Shown here in pieces: positions 45,768-54,388 of a stretch of 64,000 nt of DNA. The position numbers and the translations under genes were made by a program. The notes under the pieces were generated by a model that did no database searches, was not told where the DNA came from, and was given only the letters and a program-made list of their open reading frames with translations. The first letter of the stretch is position 1. Every line of letters starts with the position of its first letter. The stretch comes from a virus: positions 13,682-77,681 of IMG/VR virus record IMGVR_UViG_3300019890_000003. One strand, written 5' to 3'.

Positions 45768-46873
45768 GCGAACTCGCCTTTTGCATAGATGTGAACTATA
45801 ACGGGAGAGAATTGAAATGGCATCTCAAGCGCACCTGTATCTACTGCCTCTTTAAAGATAGTTGATAGTGGCGGAACCACTTCGCTAACGAATGTTGATG
45901 TCACTGAATTGTATGGCCCAAAGTGATCGTTGTATGCGGCGCCTGGGATTGGGTTATAAACGTGCGATTTTGTGATTGTACGGAAGCCGGAGATAATAGT
46001 TATATTCAACTGCTGATTCACGCCAAACGTGACACTAATCGAATATGTCGGGCCGTCAAAGTCCGCTCCGTTCTCTCCGAATAAGAACCTTATGATTCTG
46101 GCCTTTAGCCACAATGGCGAAAAATACTTCCCATCACCCTTAAAGAAGTGCCACGTGATGATGCGCTTGAAAATATCATCTGTAGTCGTGGCGACATTGC
46201 TAGAGCCAATAAACTGAAACCCGTTGTAGGGGTTCTTCTGATTAAAATATTGTGTGTTGTACGGGCCGACAGAGTGAAAAGTGCCGGATGACAGAACTGG
46301 GCGCGCGAGCCCATAGATTCCAGCAGCGACCCAATCGAGGAGGGCGCCAAAGATTTGCGGTTGGGTGTAAATCGGAAGATTGATGGAATTGAACCAATCC
46401 ACGAACTCTTGTGCATACGTGTTGTATGCGAGCACAAAAGCCTGGAGGTCGTCATCATCCGTGTATTGCTGATACAGGTAGCTTGGGAGGGCGGTTGTCA
46501 GACCGGTCGGACCTGACGGCGGGAATGATCCAACAAGAGGAGTAAAGAACGGAGGCGCCGGTTGCCACAGAATGGAAGTGAACTGATGACCACTCGTCGC
46601 CGCATTGACATAAATGCTGTTCGTACTGTTCGGCGTGGCAAAATAGAATTGGCCTGGGAGAAGTTCAAACGTCGTTTGGTTGGCGATAAGCCCAGGCGGC
46701 CCAACCTCGCTTACATATATGGCCTCCGGGATTGCGATGCCCTGATCGCTTGCATTTAGCGGGTTCCAGATAACGCCGCCGGACAACAAGGCATGGATTG
46801 CGACAACCGGCGTGCCGCCAGTTATAATCGCGCTTGCGTTCCCGTGGAACAGATTGACGGGCGCAGACGTCAT
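45764..46873 (-). CDS. Baseplate wedge protein with extra N-terminal domain
   Basis: YLYQQYTDDDDLQAF...LLDWVAAGIYG...DDIFKRIITW; follows baseplate J. Confidence 0.75.
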   Translation of the reverse strand: MTSAPVNLFHGNASAIITGGTPVVAIHALLSGGVIWNPLNASDQGIAIPEAIYVSEVGPPGLIANQTTFELLPGQFYFATPNSTNSIYVNAATSGHQFTSILWQPAPPFFTPLVGSFPPSGPTGLTTALPSYLYQQYTDDDDLQAFVLAYNTYAQEFVDWFNSINLPIYTQPQIFGALLDWVAAGIYGLARPVLSSGTFHSVGPYNTQYFNQKNPYNGFQFIGSSNVATTTDDIFKRIITWHFFKGDGKYFSPLWLKARIIRFLFGENGADFDGPTYSISVTFGVNQQLNITIISGFRTITKSHVYNPIPGAAYNDHFGPYNSVTSTFVSEVVPPLSTIFKEAVDTGALEMPFQFSPVIVHIYAKGEFA

Positions 46874-48306
46874 TAACCCTGTCCGATAACGACAAGCGTG
46901 GGATTAGTGAAAAAGAACGATTCAGGATCCCCAGCGATTATCCCAGTGCCGCCGATCGGCGACGTGCCAATTCCATTGATCGACACGGCAAACACCATGC
47001 GGGTTAGAAGAGCTGGCGGCAGAACCGATTCAATCGCAGTCTGGAATGTCGCTTGCAACTCAAACAGGTTCATCGGTTGCCCGACCGAAATCGAATTGAC
47101 ATAGGTGACTAGAGCGGGGTTCCCGAGCTGCTCCACAGCAGCACCGCCGACGAAATTTACGGCCGATGTATTCCATGTGACGACGACGGCCACCGTTTGC
47201 TGTGGTGGACTAACGTAGATAATATTATAGGTGTCCGGAAAGTCGACTATCGATACGGAATTGTTGCGTAGATTCGGTGTGAGATAGCCGCCGCCGATGT
47301 AAACGCTATATCCGACAGACGTATCTAGCCCCGTGCTGAAATTCTTCTCATCAATCACCGTCACTGTGAGCGGAACGCCGTTGATTTGGTACATCCCAAG
47401 GACATTAAAGGCGGTAACGATCTGTCCGTTGGAATAGCCGTGATTTAGTGCCGTCGTGACAACGGCGGGATTTGCCTGCGTGATGTTTGTGATCGACATC
47501 ACCGATCCAACAATCGTCGATGGATCGCCAATGGCTTGGAAAATCGCGAGCGCGACTTGGAAAGTGTCGCCACCGCCAACAATGACCTCCCATCCACCAG
47601 TTGTCTGCTGAAGGACAGAGATCAAATTTTGTTGAACGCCAGGGACATTTCCAACAAGCGTTTTCAGGAAGCGTGGCATTCCCTGACTTGCCGCGAGCCC
47701 AGCTTGGAGAACACGCGTGCGAAATTCCGACTCGGTTTCAGCCGCGAGGCCAGGCGTTCCTGGAGCGGGATTGGTAACGGTTACATTAAAGCCGGATGGA
47801 ACCGACGTCACAAGTTGTGTGACCGTTCCGGCTAGAACCGCCCATGATCCAGAGACAGTTCCAAAAGCCGTGACAGGAAGTGAATTTCCGGTGACGGCGC
47901 CTATAATTGCCGCTTCTTGGACAGAATATTGGAACGTGCCGTCTGTGACGAGAAACCCGATGGGGATGATATATCCAGCAGGCCCGCTAAACACCACGTT
48001 GACGCTTGTGACGGTAGAACCATGAAGGCCCGCATTGTTCCCTAGATATATCTGCCCAAGCTGATTACAGAGGAAAGCGTTTGCACCGAACGGTGTAATT
48101 GAATTAAGCAACTCGACGCGGAACGAATCCATTTCGACGATGGCGGCAACATCGGTGCTGCTGATATCCTCAATAAGCGTGCCAGGCAGGTTCGCCGTGT
48201 ATCCAGGATTCGTCGCGGAGACTGATGCGACGAGGTTTTGTTCGATTGTCGTTGGCGGTATCGGCTGAAGGCCTGATGGAGCCATGACTGTGGGGAGTTC
48301 TGCCAT
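46873..48306 (-). CDS. Baseplate J-like protein
   Basis: VVFSGPAGYIIPIG, PGLAAETESEFRTRV, VGNVPGV. Confidence 0.85.
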   Translation of the reverse strand: MAELPTVMAPSGLQPIPPTTIEQNLVASVSATNPGYTANLPGTLIEDISSTDVAAIVEMDSFRVELLNSITPFGANAFLCNQLGQIYLGNNAGLHGSTVTSVNVVFSGPAGYIIPIGFLVTDGTFQYSVQEAAIIGAVTGNSLPVTAFGTVSGSWAVLAGTVTQLVTSVPSGFNVTVTNPAPGTPGLAAETESEFRTRVLQAGLAASQGMPRFLKTLVGNVPGVQQNLISVLQQTTGGWEVIVGGGDTFQVALAIFQAIGDPSTIVGSVMSITNITQANPAVVTTALNHGYSNGQIVTAFNVLGMYQINGVPLTVTVIDEKNFSTGLDTSVGYSVYIGGGYLTPNLRNNSVSIVDFPDTYNIIYVSPPQQTVAVVVTWNTSAVNFVGGAAVEQLGNPALVTYVNSISVGQPMNLFELQATFQTAIESVLPPALLTRMVFAVSINGIGTSPIGGTGIIAGDPESFFFTNPTLVVIGQG

Positions 48307-49464
48307 TTATCCAGCTATCCAATTGGTGCCATTGCAGAACGCAGGGCATACGACGCCGCCGCCGCCGGCATCAATCAACGTTGACCCGAAAGTGGCGACA
48401 GAAGTGTTCGTCACGTAACCCCTCAGGCCTCGATGGCTCGCTGGTGGATATGCCGCGTTAAGCCCCGTAACGGTATATGGATTGGTAAGCACGGTGTCGG
48501 CCGCCGACACGCCGGTTATCGCGGCGCTCGTGCCGCTCACGGCGCCTGATGGAGATATCCCACCACCACCGCCACCACCACCGCCTGAAAACATCCCTCC
48601 GAGCGCGCTTAGGATCCCGGTAACATTGGTGTTGCCGCCGATATTCGTATTGCCGGAAATGTTGGTGGTTGGACTATTGATGTCGGTTTTCGGGGCAGTG
48701 ACGTTTACCTGCGCCGACGAGGTAATCTGATGACCGCTTTGGCCAATCGCATGGGTGTGCTTGCCGCCGAACATAGATAGCAACAGGCCGATAGGGCCAG
48801 AACCGCCTTGAGGAACAATAGACTGGGTATGATCACCATTTTGTTGATCCTTGATCGTATGCAGCAACCCGTTCAAGGGATGCAACAAAGATGTCATATT
48901 GTAAGTTGGGTTGGACGTCGGTCCAGTCTGTCCCTGCGCGCCGGTCGAACTTGTTACGCCGTTCGTCGGATGAACGATATGCTTGGCTTTTTTGTTCGTG
49001 TCCCGATGGACTGTACCTGTCGGGCCGTATCCCATGAGCGCCGTTTGATCGTCAGTCGGCGTGAAGTTCTGATTCCCAATCGGGGCGAAAACCAACGGGC
49101 TTAGGTTCCCTGGGTAGGTGAAGTTCGCTGGCGTGCTTGCCCCTAACCCAGAAATATTTCCCAGGTTCGCGGCGCCAGATGAAAGGACGCCCTTATCGCC
49201 AGGGGTGTCTCCGCTTGCTGGCTTGATCGGATACCGAATGTATTCTGGCCCCCAGAGCGGCATTGTTACGTTTGGCAGCGTCCAGGGACCTAGCGCCGTC
49301 CCCTGCGTCTCAAACTTCAGCGTCATGATCGTATTGGACTTATCGATCTTTACGACCGAGGCTGGCAAGTCCTTTGGATAGTTTTGGATGCGGCCGGCGG
49401 CTTGCTTATTTGCGCCGGTATTCTGCTTGACGCCAAAATTATGTTTCTGGACGTCATTGGCCAT
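48307..49464 (-). CDS. Baseplate central spike protein
   Basis: OB-like N-terminus (LPASVVKI...PEYIRYPIK...GDKG); beta-repeat C-terminal half. Confidence 0.7.
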   Translation of the reverse strand: MANDVQKHNFGVKQNTGANKQAAGRIQNYPKDLPASVVKIDKSNTIMTLKFETQGTALGPWTLPNVTMPLWGPEYIRYPIKPASGDTPGDKGVLSSGAANLGNISGLGASTPANFTYPGNLSPLVFAPIGNQNFTPTDDQTALMGYGPTGTVHRDTNKKAKHIVHPTNGVTSSTGAQGQTGPTSNPTYNMTSLLHPLNGLLHTIKDQQNGDHTQSIVPQGGSGPIGLLLSMFGGKHTHAIGQSGHQITSSAQVNVTAPKTDINSPTTNISGNTNIGGNTNVTGILSALGGMFSGGGGGGGGGISPSGAVSGTSAAITGVSAADTVLTNPYTVTGLNAAYPPASHRGLRGYVTNTSVATFGSTLIDAGGGGVVCPAFCNGTNWIAG

Positions 49465-50422
49465 TAGATGTACCCGGATTCAGAAGCGCCTCAATAATAG
49501 TCACCCAGGCGTCACCAGATGGTTGGCGAAAATTGCCTACATGCCGAATTGAGTTGATTGTGAACGTGCCTTGGAATGTAAGAGGAGTGTTTAAGCCTTG
49601 TTGTGCTTCGAACGTCGATATTACCGGAGTTGGCGGCAGCGTAACTTGATCGCCTGTTTTCAAATCACCGCGCATCACGGTTTTGATTGATATTTTTTTC
49701 TGCTCGATCCAAGTCGGCTGGCCAACTAGATCGATGAATTGGATCATCTTTGCGCCGGGCGGCGATGTCCCGTCATGCACGGTTATCTCGCCCTGTTGCA
49801 TACAAAGGCCGACGCCTGGATAGTTCTGCTGCCCAATCATTATTTGTTGGCTAATAGGGCGCAGGATCTTATTAAGCTCTTCCAAAGTGCCGCAATAATG
49901 AATCGTGTCCTGCGGCGCGACAAGTTGCGAGCTGATGTTGATGTTTGCTGTTTGGTCTGGGTAAGCAGTCTGCAAAGTCTGTTGCAGGGCTTCGCTAAGG
50001 GTCTGCCCCTTTTTCCAATTAACCACAATATTTTTAGGCGGTGGGTTCTGCGCGTTTGGTTGCGCCGGCGGGTCGGGTGCCGTTCCTGGGAAAACAACAA
50101 AATTCAAGGTCATATCAGTCATGACCCAATTACCCCAGCTTGAATAGACATATCCCTTAATTAGCGTTCCGTACTCAGACGATTGCGCAGTCGCCAGCGG
50201 TAGGCCTGGTGCCATCCCAGCCGACATGGTGAATGGTTGGTTTATAAATTGCGTGCCCTGGCTTATTGTCTCGAGCGCCTCGCCCCAAATTGTGATCTCG
50301 GCTGGCTTGAAAGTGTCCGCGTCGATAACCGTGATATCCAACTCAATATTCAAGGCATTTGGATCGCCATGGCTGTCCCAGCTTTTAGAGCCGGCCGTAA
50401 CCGTATATGCCCTTTCCGTCAC
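49454..50422 (-). CDS. Baseplate hub protein
   Basis: DLVGQPTWI...MRGDLKTGD...IRHVGNFRQP...W. Confidence 0.75.
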   Translation of the reverse strand: MTERAYTVTAGSKSWDSHGDPNALNIELDITVIDADTFKPAEITIWGEALETISQGTQFINQPFTMSAGMAPGLPLATAQSSEYGTLIKGYVYSSWGNWVMTDMTLNFVVFPGTAPDPPAQPNAQNPPPKNIVVNWKKGQTLSEALQQTLQTAYPDQTANINISSQLVAPQDTIHYCGTLEELNKILRPISQQIMIGQQNYPGVGLCMQQGEITVHDGTSPPGAKMIQFIDLVGQPTWIEQKKISIKTVMRGDLKTGDQVTLPPTPVISTFEAQQGLNTPLTFQGTFTINSIRHVGNFRQPSGDAWVTIIEALLNPGTSNGQ

Positions 50423-50919
50423 GGCGACACTTCGAACTGCTGAGTCGCTTCACGGAACACGAACGTCGACGTCGTAAAATATCCACCGGCGATGTTGATA
50501 TCGTGGCCGATATTCCCATTAACGGTTGCATCACTACCAGGGTCGATCGCGAGCGGGAATGTCAAAGTCGACGGAGCCGTCACGAACATGCTCCATATCC
50601 CATTATACGCCGATGGCGAGACACCTACGACTGTGAGCTGCGCTGTAACGCCAAGCGGTATCCCATGCGGTACGGCGGTGGTCACCGTCACGAGATTCTG
50701 AACGCCGCTCCAAGTAAGAGCCGCAGTTTGGATAGCAGTTGGAGAACCGATAATTGGAAGGTAGAAAATGAGATTGCCAGTCTGATCAAAAAGGTTGATG
50801 TACCACCTTTGACCAGACAATCCCCACGTAATCTTGGCTTGATATTGGGTGCCATCCAAAATTGGCGAGAATGAAAACGGCACAGTCGCCGATGGTGAAA
50901 ATATCGTAAACGTCGTCAT
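50419..50919 (-). CDS. Small baseplate protein
   Basis: FSPILDGTQY...WGLSGQRWYINL; position. Confidence 0.7.
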   Translation of the reverse strand: MTTFTIFSPSATVPFSFSPILDGTQYQAKITWGLSGQRWYINLFDQTGNLIFYLPIIGSPTAIQTAALTWSGVQNLVTVTTAVPHGIPLGVTAQLTVVGVSPSAYNGIWSMFVTAPSTLTFPLAIDPGSDATVNGNIGHDINIAGGYFTTSTFVFREATQQFEVSP

Positions 50920-51644
50920 TGCTGACCAGCGACGCCAGAACTGGCAGATAGTTGCGCGGCCGGCGCGATATTTGGAGTCGCGAGGCTCGGCGGGACGCCG
51001 ACTGTCGGCGGCAGGCCGAAGCCAGCCCCAGACGTTTGGACGCCGGATGACAGCTGTTGCATCATTGAGTTAAGGGCAAATTGGGCCGCCGCTGCGGCTT
51101 GCAATGATACGAGCGGCTGAATGAAGTCCAACTTCCATTGAATTTGCGCCTGTTTCGAATCGCTGCTGGAAATGTCGTGCATGCCTGTCATGACGCAATT
51201 CGTATAAAAGTAGCTAGGCGTCGCGATCGTATATGTGCCTCCAGTCGTATTATGCTGATGCAAAGTGTTTTGGACAGACGTCATATTTGATAGTTTGGTT
51301 ATGTACCCGCCTGCATCGCGCACAGGAACAGTCATAAGCATCGTGACTGCCAACGGCTGGACGATGATAGCGTTTGCCGCAACTGTTTGGTTGGCGAATG
51401 GATACATGCCGATCTGCTGGTCGATTAACGACGAGCCTGGAAGCGGGTAGAAATATGCAAAGAAGTCGTCGAGGCCGATATCCTCGCTGCCGCTAATAAG
51501 TCCTGTGTCGAAACTCTGCGCTTGTGTAAGCGAGAGGATCGGCAACATGCCGCCAGGAATATTGAGCGCCACCCCACCTGTAAGAGTGATCGGGCTGATC
51601 TCAAAGTTCAGCTTGAATTGAGCTTCGCCTGCAGAGTATGGCAT
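50916..51644 (-). CDS. Tail-tube initiator / distal tail protein
   Basis: YPFANQTVAANA...TIATPSYFYTNC...WKLDFIQP; follows the tape measures. Confidence 0.7.
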   Translation of the reverse strand: MPYSAGEAQFKLNFEISPITLTGGVALNIPGGMLPILSLTQAQSFDTGLISGSEDIGLDDFFAYFYPLPGSSLIDQQIGMYPFANQTVAANAIIVQPLAVTMLMTVPVRDAGGYITKLSNMTSVQNTLHQHNTTGGTYTIATPSYFYTNCVMTGMHDISSSDSKQAQIQWKLDFIQPLVSLQAAAAAQFALNSMMQQLSSGVQTSGAGFGLPPTVGVPPSLATPNIAPAAQLSASSGVAGQQ

Positions 51645-51659
51645 TTGCTACTATTTCCC

Positions 51660-51683
51660 TTGACACGCGAGGGCATTTGCCCT
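51660..51683 (+). promoter_or_regulatory. Moron promoter with operator having perfect inverted arms
   Basis: TTGACA at 51660; AGGGCATTTGCCCT at 51670-51683. Confidence 0.7.
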
Positions 51684-51711
51684 ACAAGGGCAGTAACAAG
51701 AGGAGCCAGAT

Positions 51712-52023
51712 ATGCACATCCTGCTTTTTTTCGTACTGATCGCACTGATCTTTCCGGGTCTGATGCGATTCCTCATGTCCTTGGTTGGGCTCGCGATCCT
51801 TTGCGTAATTATTGTGGCTTCCGCGCACGCTAGCGATACCGCCTGCGAACATGCAGCAGCGTATCAAGTCTCTGGCGAGCCAGGCATGCACCAATGCCTC
51901 GCACACACCCCTATGACGGCAGACTGCCATGCCGTCATGATGGCGTCGATGAACAAGAGAATTCATGAATGCCAAGCTACAAGAAGATTCCTGCAAACTG
52001 GCGATAAGAGGTGGCTGAAATGA
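51712..52023 (+). CDS. Membrane/secreted Cys-containing moron protein
   Basis: GAGGAG RBS; two hydrophobic segments ending AHA. Confidence 0.65.
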   Translation: MHILLFFVLIALIFPGLMRFLMSLVGLAILCVIIVASAHASDTACEHAAAYQVSGEPGMHQCLAHTPMTADCHAVMMASMNKRIHECQATRRFLQTGDKRWLK

Positions 52024-52262
52024 CAAAATTAATGATCATTCTCGCCGCTATGATGCTTGCGAGTCCAGCCGTGGCAGCAGATATATACTCCCATGAAATA
52101 TGTCTTACGGATGGCGGGCGCGCCTTAGCGCACTGCGAACGTTACGGGAACCACTATCTGTGCGACTTTCGTGCGAATCCGCGCGGGAGCGATAAGGGCA
52201 CTGAAATTTGTTACAAGCACGGGGAATGCTTCGCTTGTGACGAATCCACATTGCGTTATTAA
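52020..52262 (+). CDS. Small secreted 6-Cys moron protein
   Basis: ATGA overlap; signal peptide MTKLMIILAAMMLASPAVA. Confidence 0.65.
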   Translation: MTKLMIILAAMMLASPAVAADIYSHEICLTDGGRALAHCERYGNHYLCDFRANPRGSDKGTEICYKHGECFACDESTLRY

Positions 52263-54388
52263 GCAACCGACCAGCTGCCAGGACCTTCAAGTGCAATCTC
52301 TATCTCTGGCTTCCGATGCCTCAGAGCGACCTCTGCCGGATGCTTTCCAAGCGAGACCTGTTTCTCCCGTTTTCGTTCCACAGGGCGGCGGATTTGTGCC
52401 GTGCCTGGATCCGCGTAGTCATGAATCTCAACGTGATCTCCATAATCACCAGAGATCTCTGGCAAGACCCATTTTCCACGCCTTAGCTCTGGTGGACCTG
52501 CAGCTATACCAACATGCCCAGAAGCACCCTGATGCGGCGCAGTCTTATGTCGCCCTTCTACAATAACATCGCCGCGCTTAATATCTTTCCATCCGACCGG
52601 CGCGCCAAACTTCAAATAGTCGGTCGCCATTCTAGTATGCAGCGAACTGTACCCAGCATGATCCAATGCGGCACCGACAAAATCTGCGCACCATAGGCTA
52701 GATGGATGGCCTCTGCCAGTTTCCGATATATATTGCTGAACTTCTCCCGATTGAATCTTCCTGCCTGCAAGAGCCGAAGCCGAATCGGCGATCGTGCCTA
52801 TTTCGCCAGCTTCAGGCGTTGGCAACCCCTGCGATTTATCCGACACTCGCTGAAGAGGCGAACTTTGGCTTCCTGGGCCGCCTGGTGTCTGTGTCCGCGC
52901 TCCCTCTATTGCCGCGCGCTCGTTCTGTGACGGAGTCGGCTGGCCAAACGATTGCTTCGTTGGTGGCGTGCCGCCGCTCTCGGCAGCCTCTTTCTGATGC
53001 TTTGTTAATTGCCCTCCGCCAGGCTTATAGACATCCTCAGGCCTGCCAGGCCGATTTTGCTCTTGCGGAGTTTGCGTTTGCGGCTCTGTGCCGCCAGGCT
53101 TAGTGCTTGTTATTTTATAATCAGAAGGATCGGCTGGTTTCGCTCCCTCCAAAAAGGTGTCTTTAACCCCAGAGAACGCGTTCCAATCCTTGCCATACCG
53201 TTGTTCGATATCGGCACGCGACGCATCCATGCCGCGTTGCATGCCGGCAAAGATATCCTTAAGACTCATATGTGTTATGCGTTCGACGGCATGAATAAGC
53301 GCGGTCGAGTCACGGAGAACGTTGGAAACGCCTTGCTTGAATCCACGGCTTCCCATCGACTTAGCGAGACTATCTATGCCGTCTCCAAGTCTGTCGATCC
53401 ATCCTTTTATCGGGCTTCCGTCCTTCAAAAGATTTTCAACCAGGTGAATGAAAGCATTCGATAAATCTGTCAGACCAGGAATAAGAGTCTTGAGATTTTC
53501 GCCAAAAACCTTCTCCAGCTCGCGCCCAGCCGATTCCATTTGGGTTGTGAAATCTACCCATTTCTGAGCCGTCGCCGGATCTAGACCAAGAGCGTTTTCA
53601 GTCCTGCCTTCGCGGTAACCCTTAACACGCTCTTCGATTTCCTCGCGCGGGATTCCTCGGATGGCCCTAGCCTGTTCGACACCGAGGCCAAGTTTCGTAT
53701 ATCCCAGCGCCTCAAGCCGAGGCTCGAGTTGCTCGTCAGGCGTCCTCTCGACAAAATCTTTGAATTTTGGGAGCGCCTCTACCGCCGCCTCAGCCGCGTC
53801 GCCAGTTGGCTGGTGGCCGATCAAATGCGCGATCTGCGCCTTGCCGACGGGAGTCGAGAGGCCCTCACTGAAACCCTTCAGAATGGCCTCAGGATTGCCC
53901 AAGCGGCGGAAGTTCGTAAGGAAGCTAGCTTGCTCCCCATAGGAGACGCCGAGGCCCATGGCGGACGCTCTTTGGCCAGCTACAGAGGCGGCCATTCGAT
54001 CAATGCCAAAAAGGCCGCCTGCGCCAATAACCCCGGCAAACACCGAGGTCAATTTCGTCCACTTCATCAATGATTGGGTGGATCGAACGATATTTGAAGC
54101 GAACAGTTTCCCTTGGGTGCCAATCAAGCCGAGCGACACCGCAGCGCCATCCAGGAGCTTGCCGACACCGTCTTGCGCCTTCTCGACGATTGTTGATGCG
54201 TCGCCAGTCGCAGCTAGCTTCGCGCTAATCCTTTCGAAGTTAGTTTTCTGTTTTTCAACTTCCTGACCGGCAGCCGTCCAATACGATGGTAGCGCCTTCA
54301 TAACCTCTTTATGTTCATTGAACTTTTGCATAAAATCCTGGAATGCGGAATCGTCAATTTCAATTTCCAGGATCTGACGGTTGACCAT
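52259..54388 (-). CDS. Tape-measure-like protein 2 with C-terminal CHAP/NlpC-P60-like domain
   Basis: WCADFVGAAL...RGDVIV...GHVGI. Confidence 0.8.
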   Translation of the reverse strand: MVNRQILEIEIDDSAFQDFMQKFNEHKEVMKALPSYWTAAGQEVEKQKTNFERISAKLAATGDASTIVEKAQDGVGKLLDGAAVSLGLIGTQGKLFASNIVRSTQSLMKWTKLTSVFAGVIGAGGLFGIDRMAASVAGQRASAMGLGVSYGEQASFLTNFRRLGNPEAILKGFSEGLSTPVGKAQIAHLIGHQPTGDAAEAAVEALPKFKDFVERTPDEQLEPRLEALGYTKLGLGVEQARAIRGIPREEIEERVKGYREGRTENALGLDPATAQKWVDFTTQMESAGRELEKVFGENLKTLIPGLTDLSNAFIHLVENLLKDGSPIKGWIDRLGDGIDSLAKSMGSRGFKQGVSNVLRDSTALIHAVERITHMSLKDIFAGMQRGMDASRADIEQRYGKDWNAFSGVKDTFLEGAKPADPSDYKITSTKPGGTEPQTQTPQEQNRPGRPEDVYKPGGGQLTKHQKEAAESGGTPPTKQSFGQPTPSQNERAAIEGARTQTPGGPGSQSSPLQRVSDKSQGLPTPEAGEIGTIADSASALAGRKIQSGEVQQYISETGRGHPSSLWCADFVGAALDHAGYSSLHTRMATDYLKFGAPVGWKDIKRGDVIVEGRHKTAPHQGASGHVGIAAGPPELRRGKWVLPEISGDYGDHVEIHDYADPGTAQIRRPVERKREKQVSLGKHPAEVALRHRKPEIEIALEGPGSWSVA

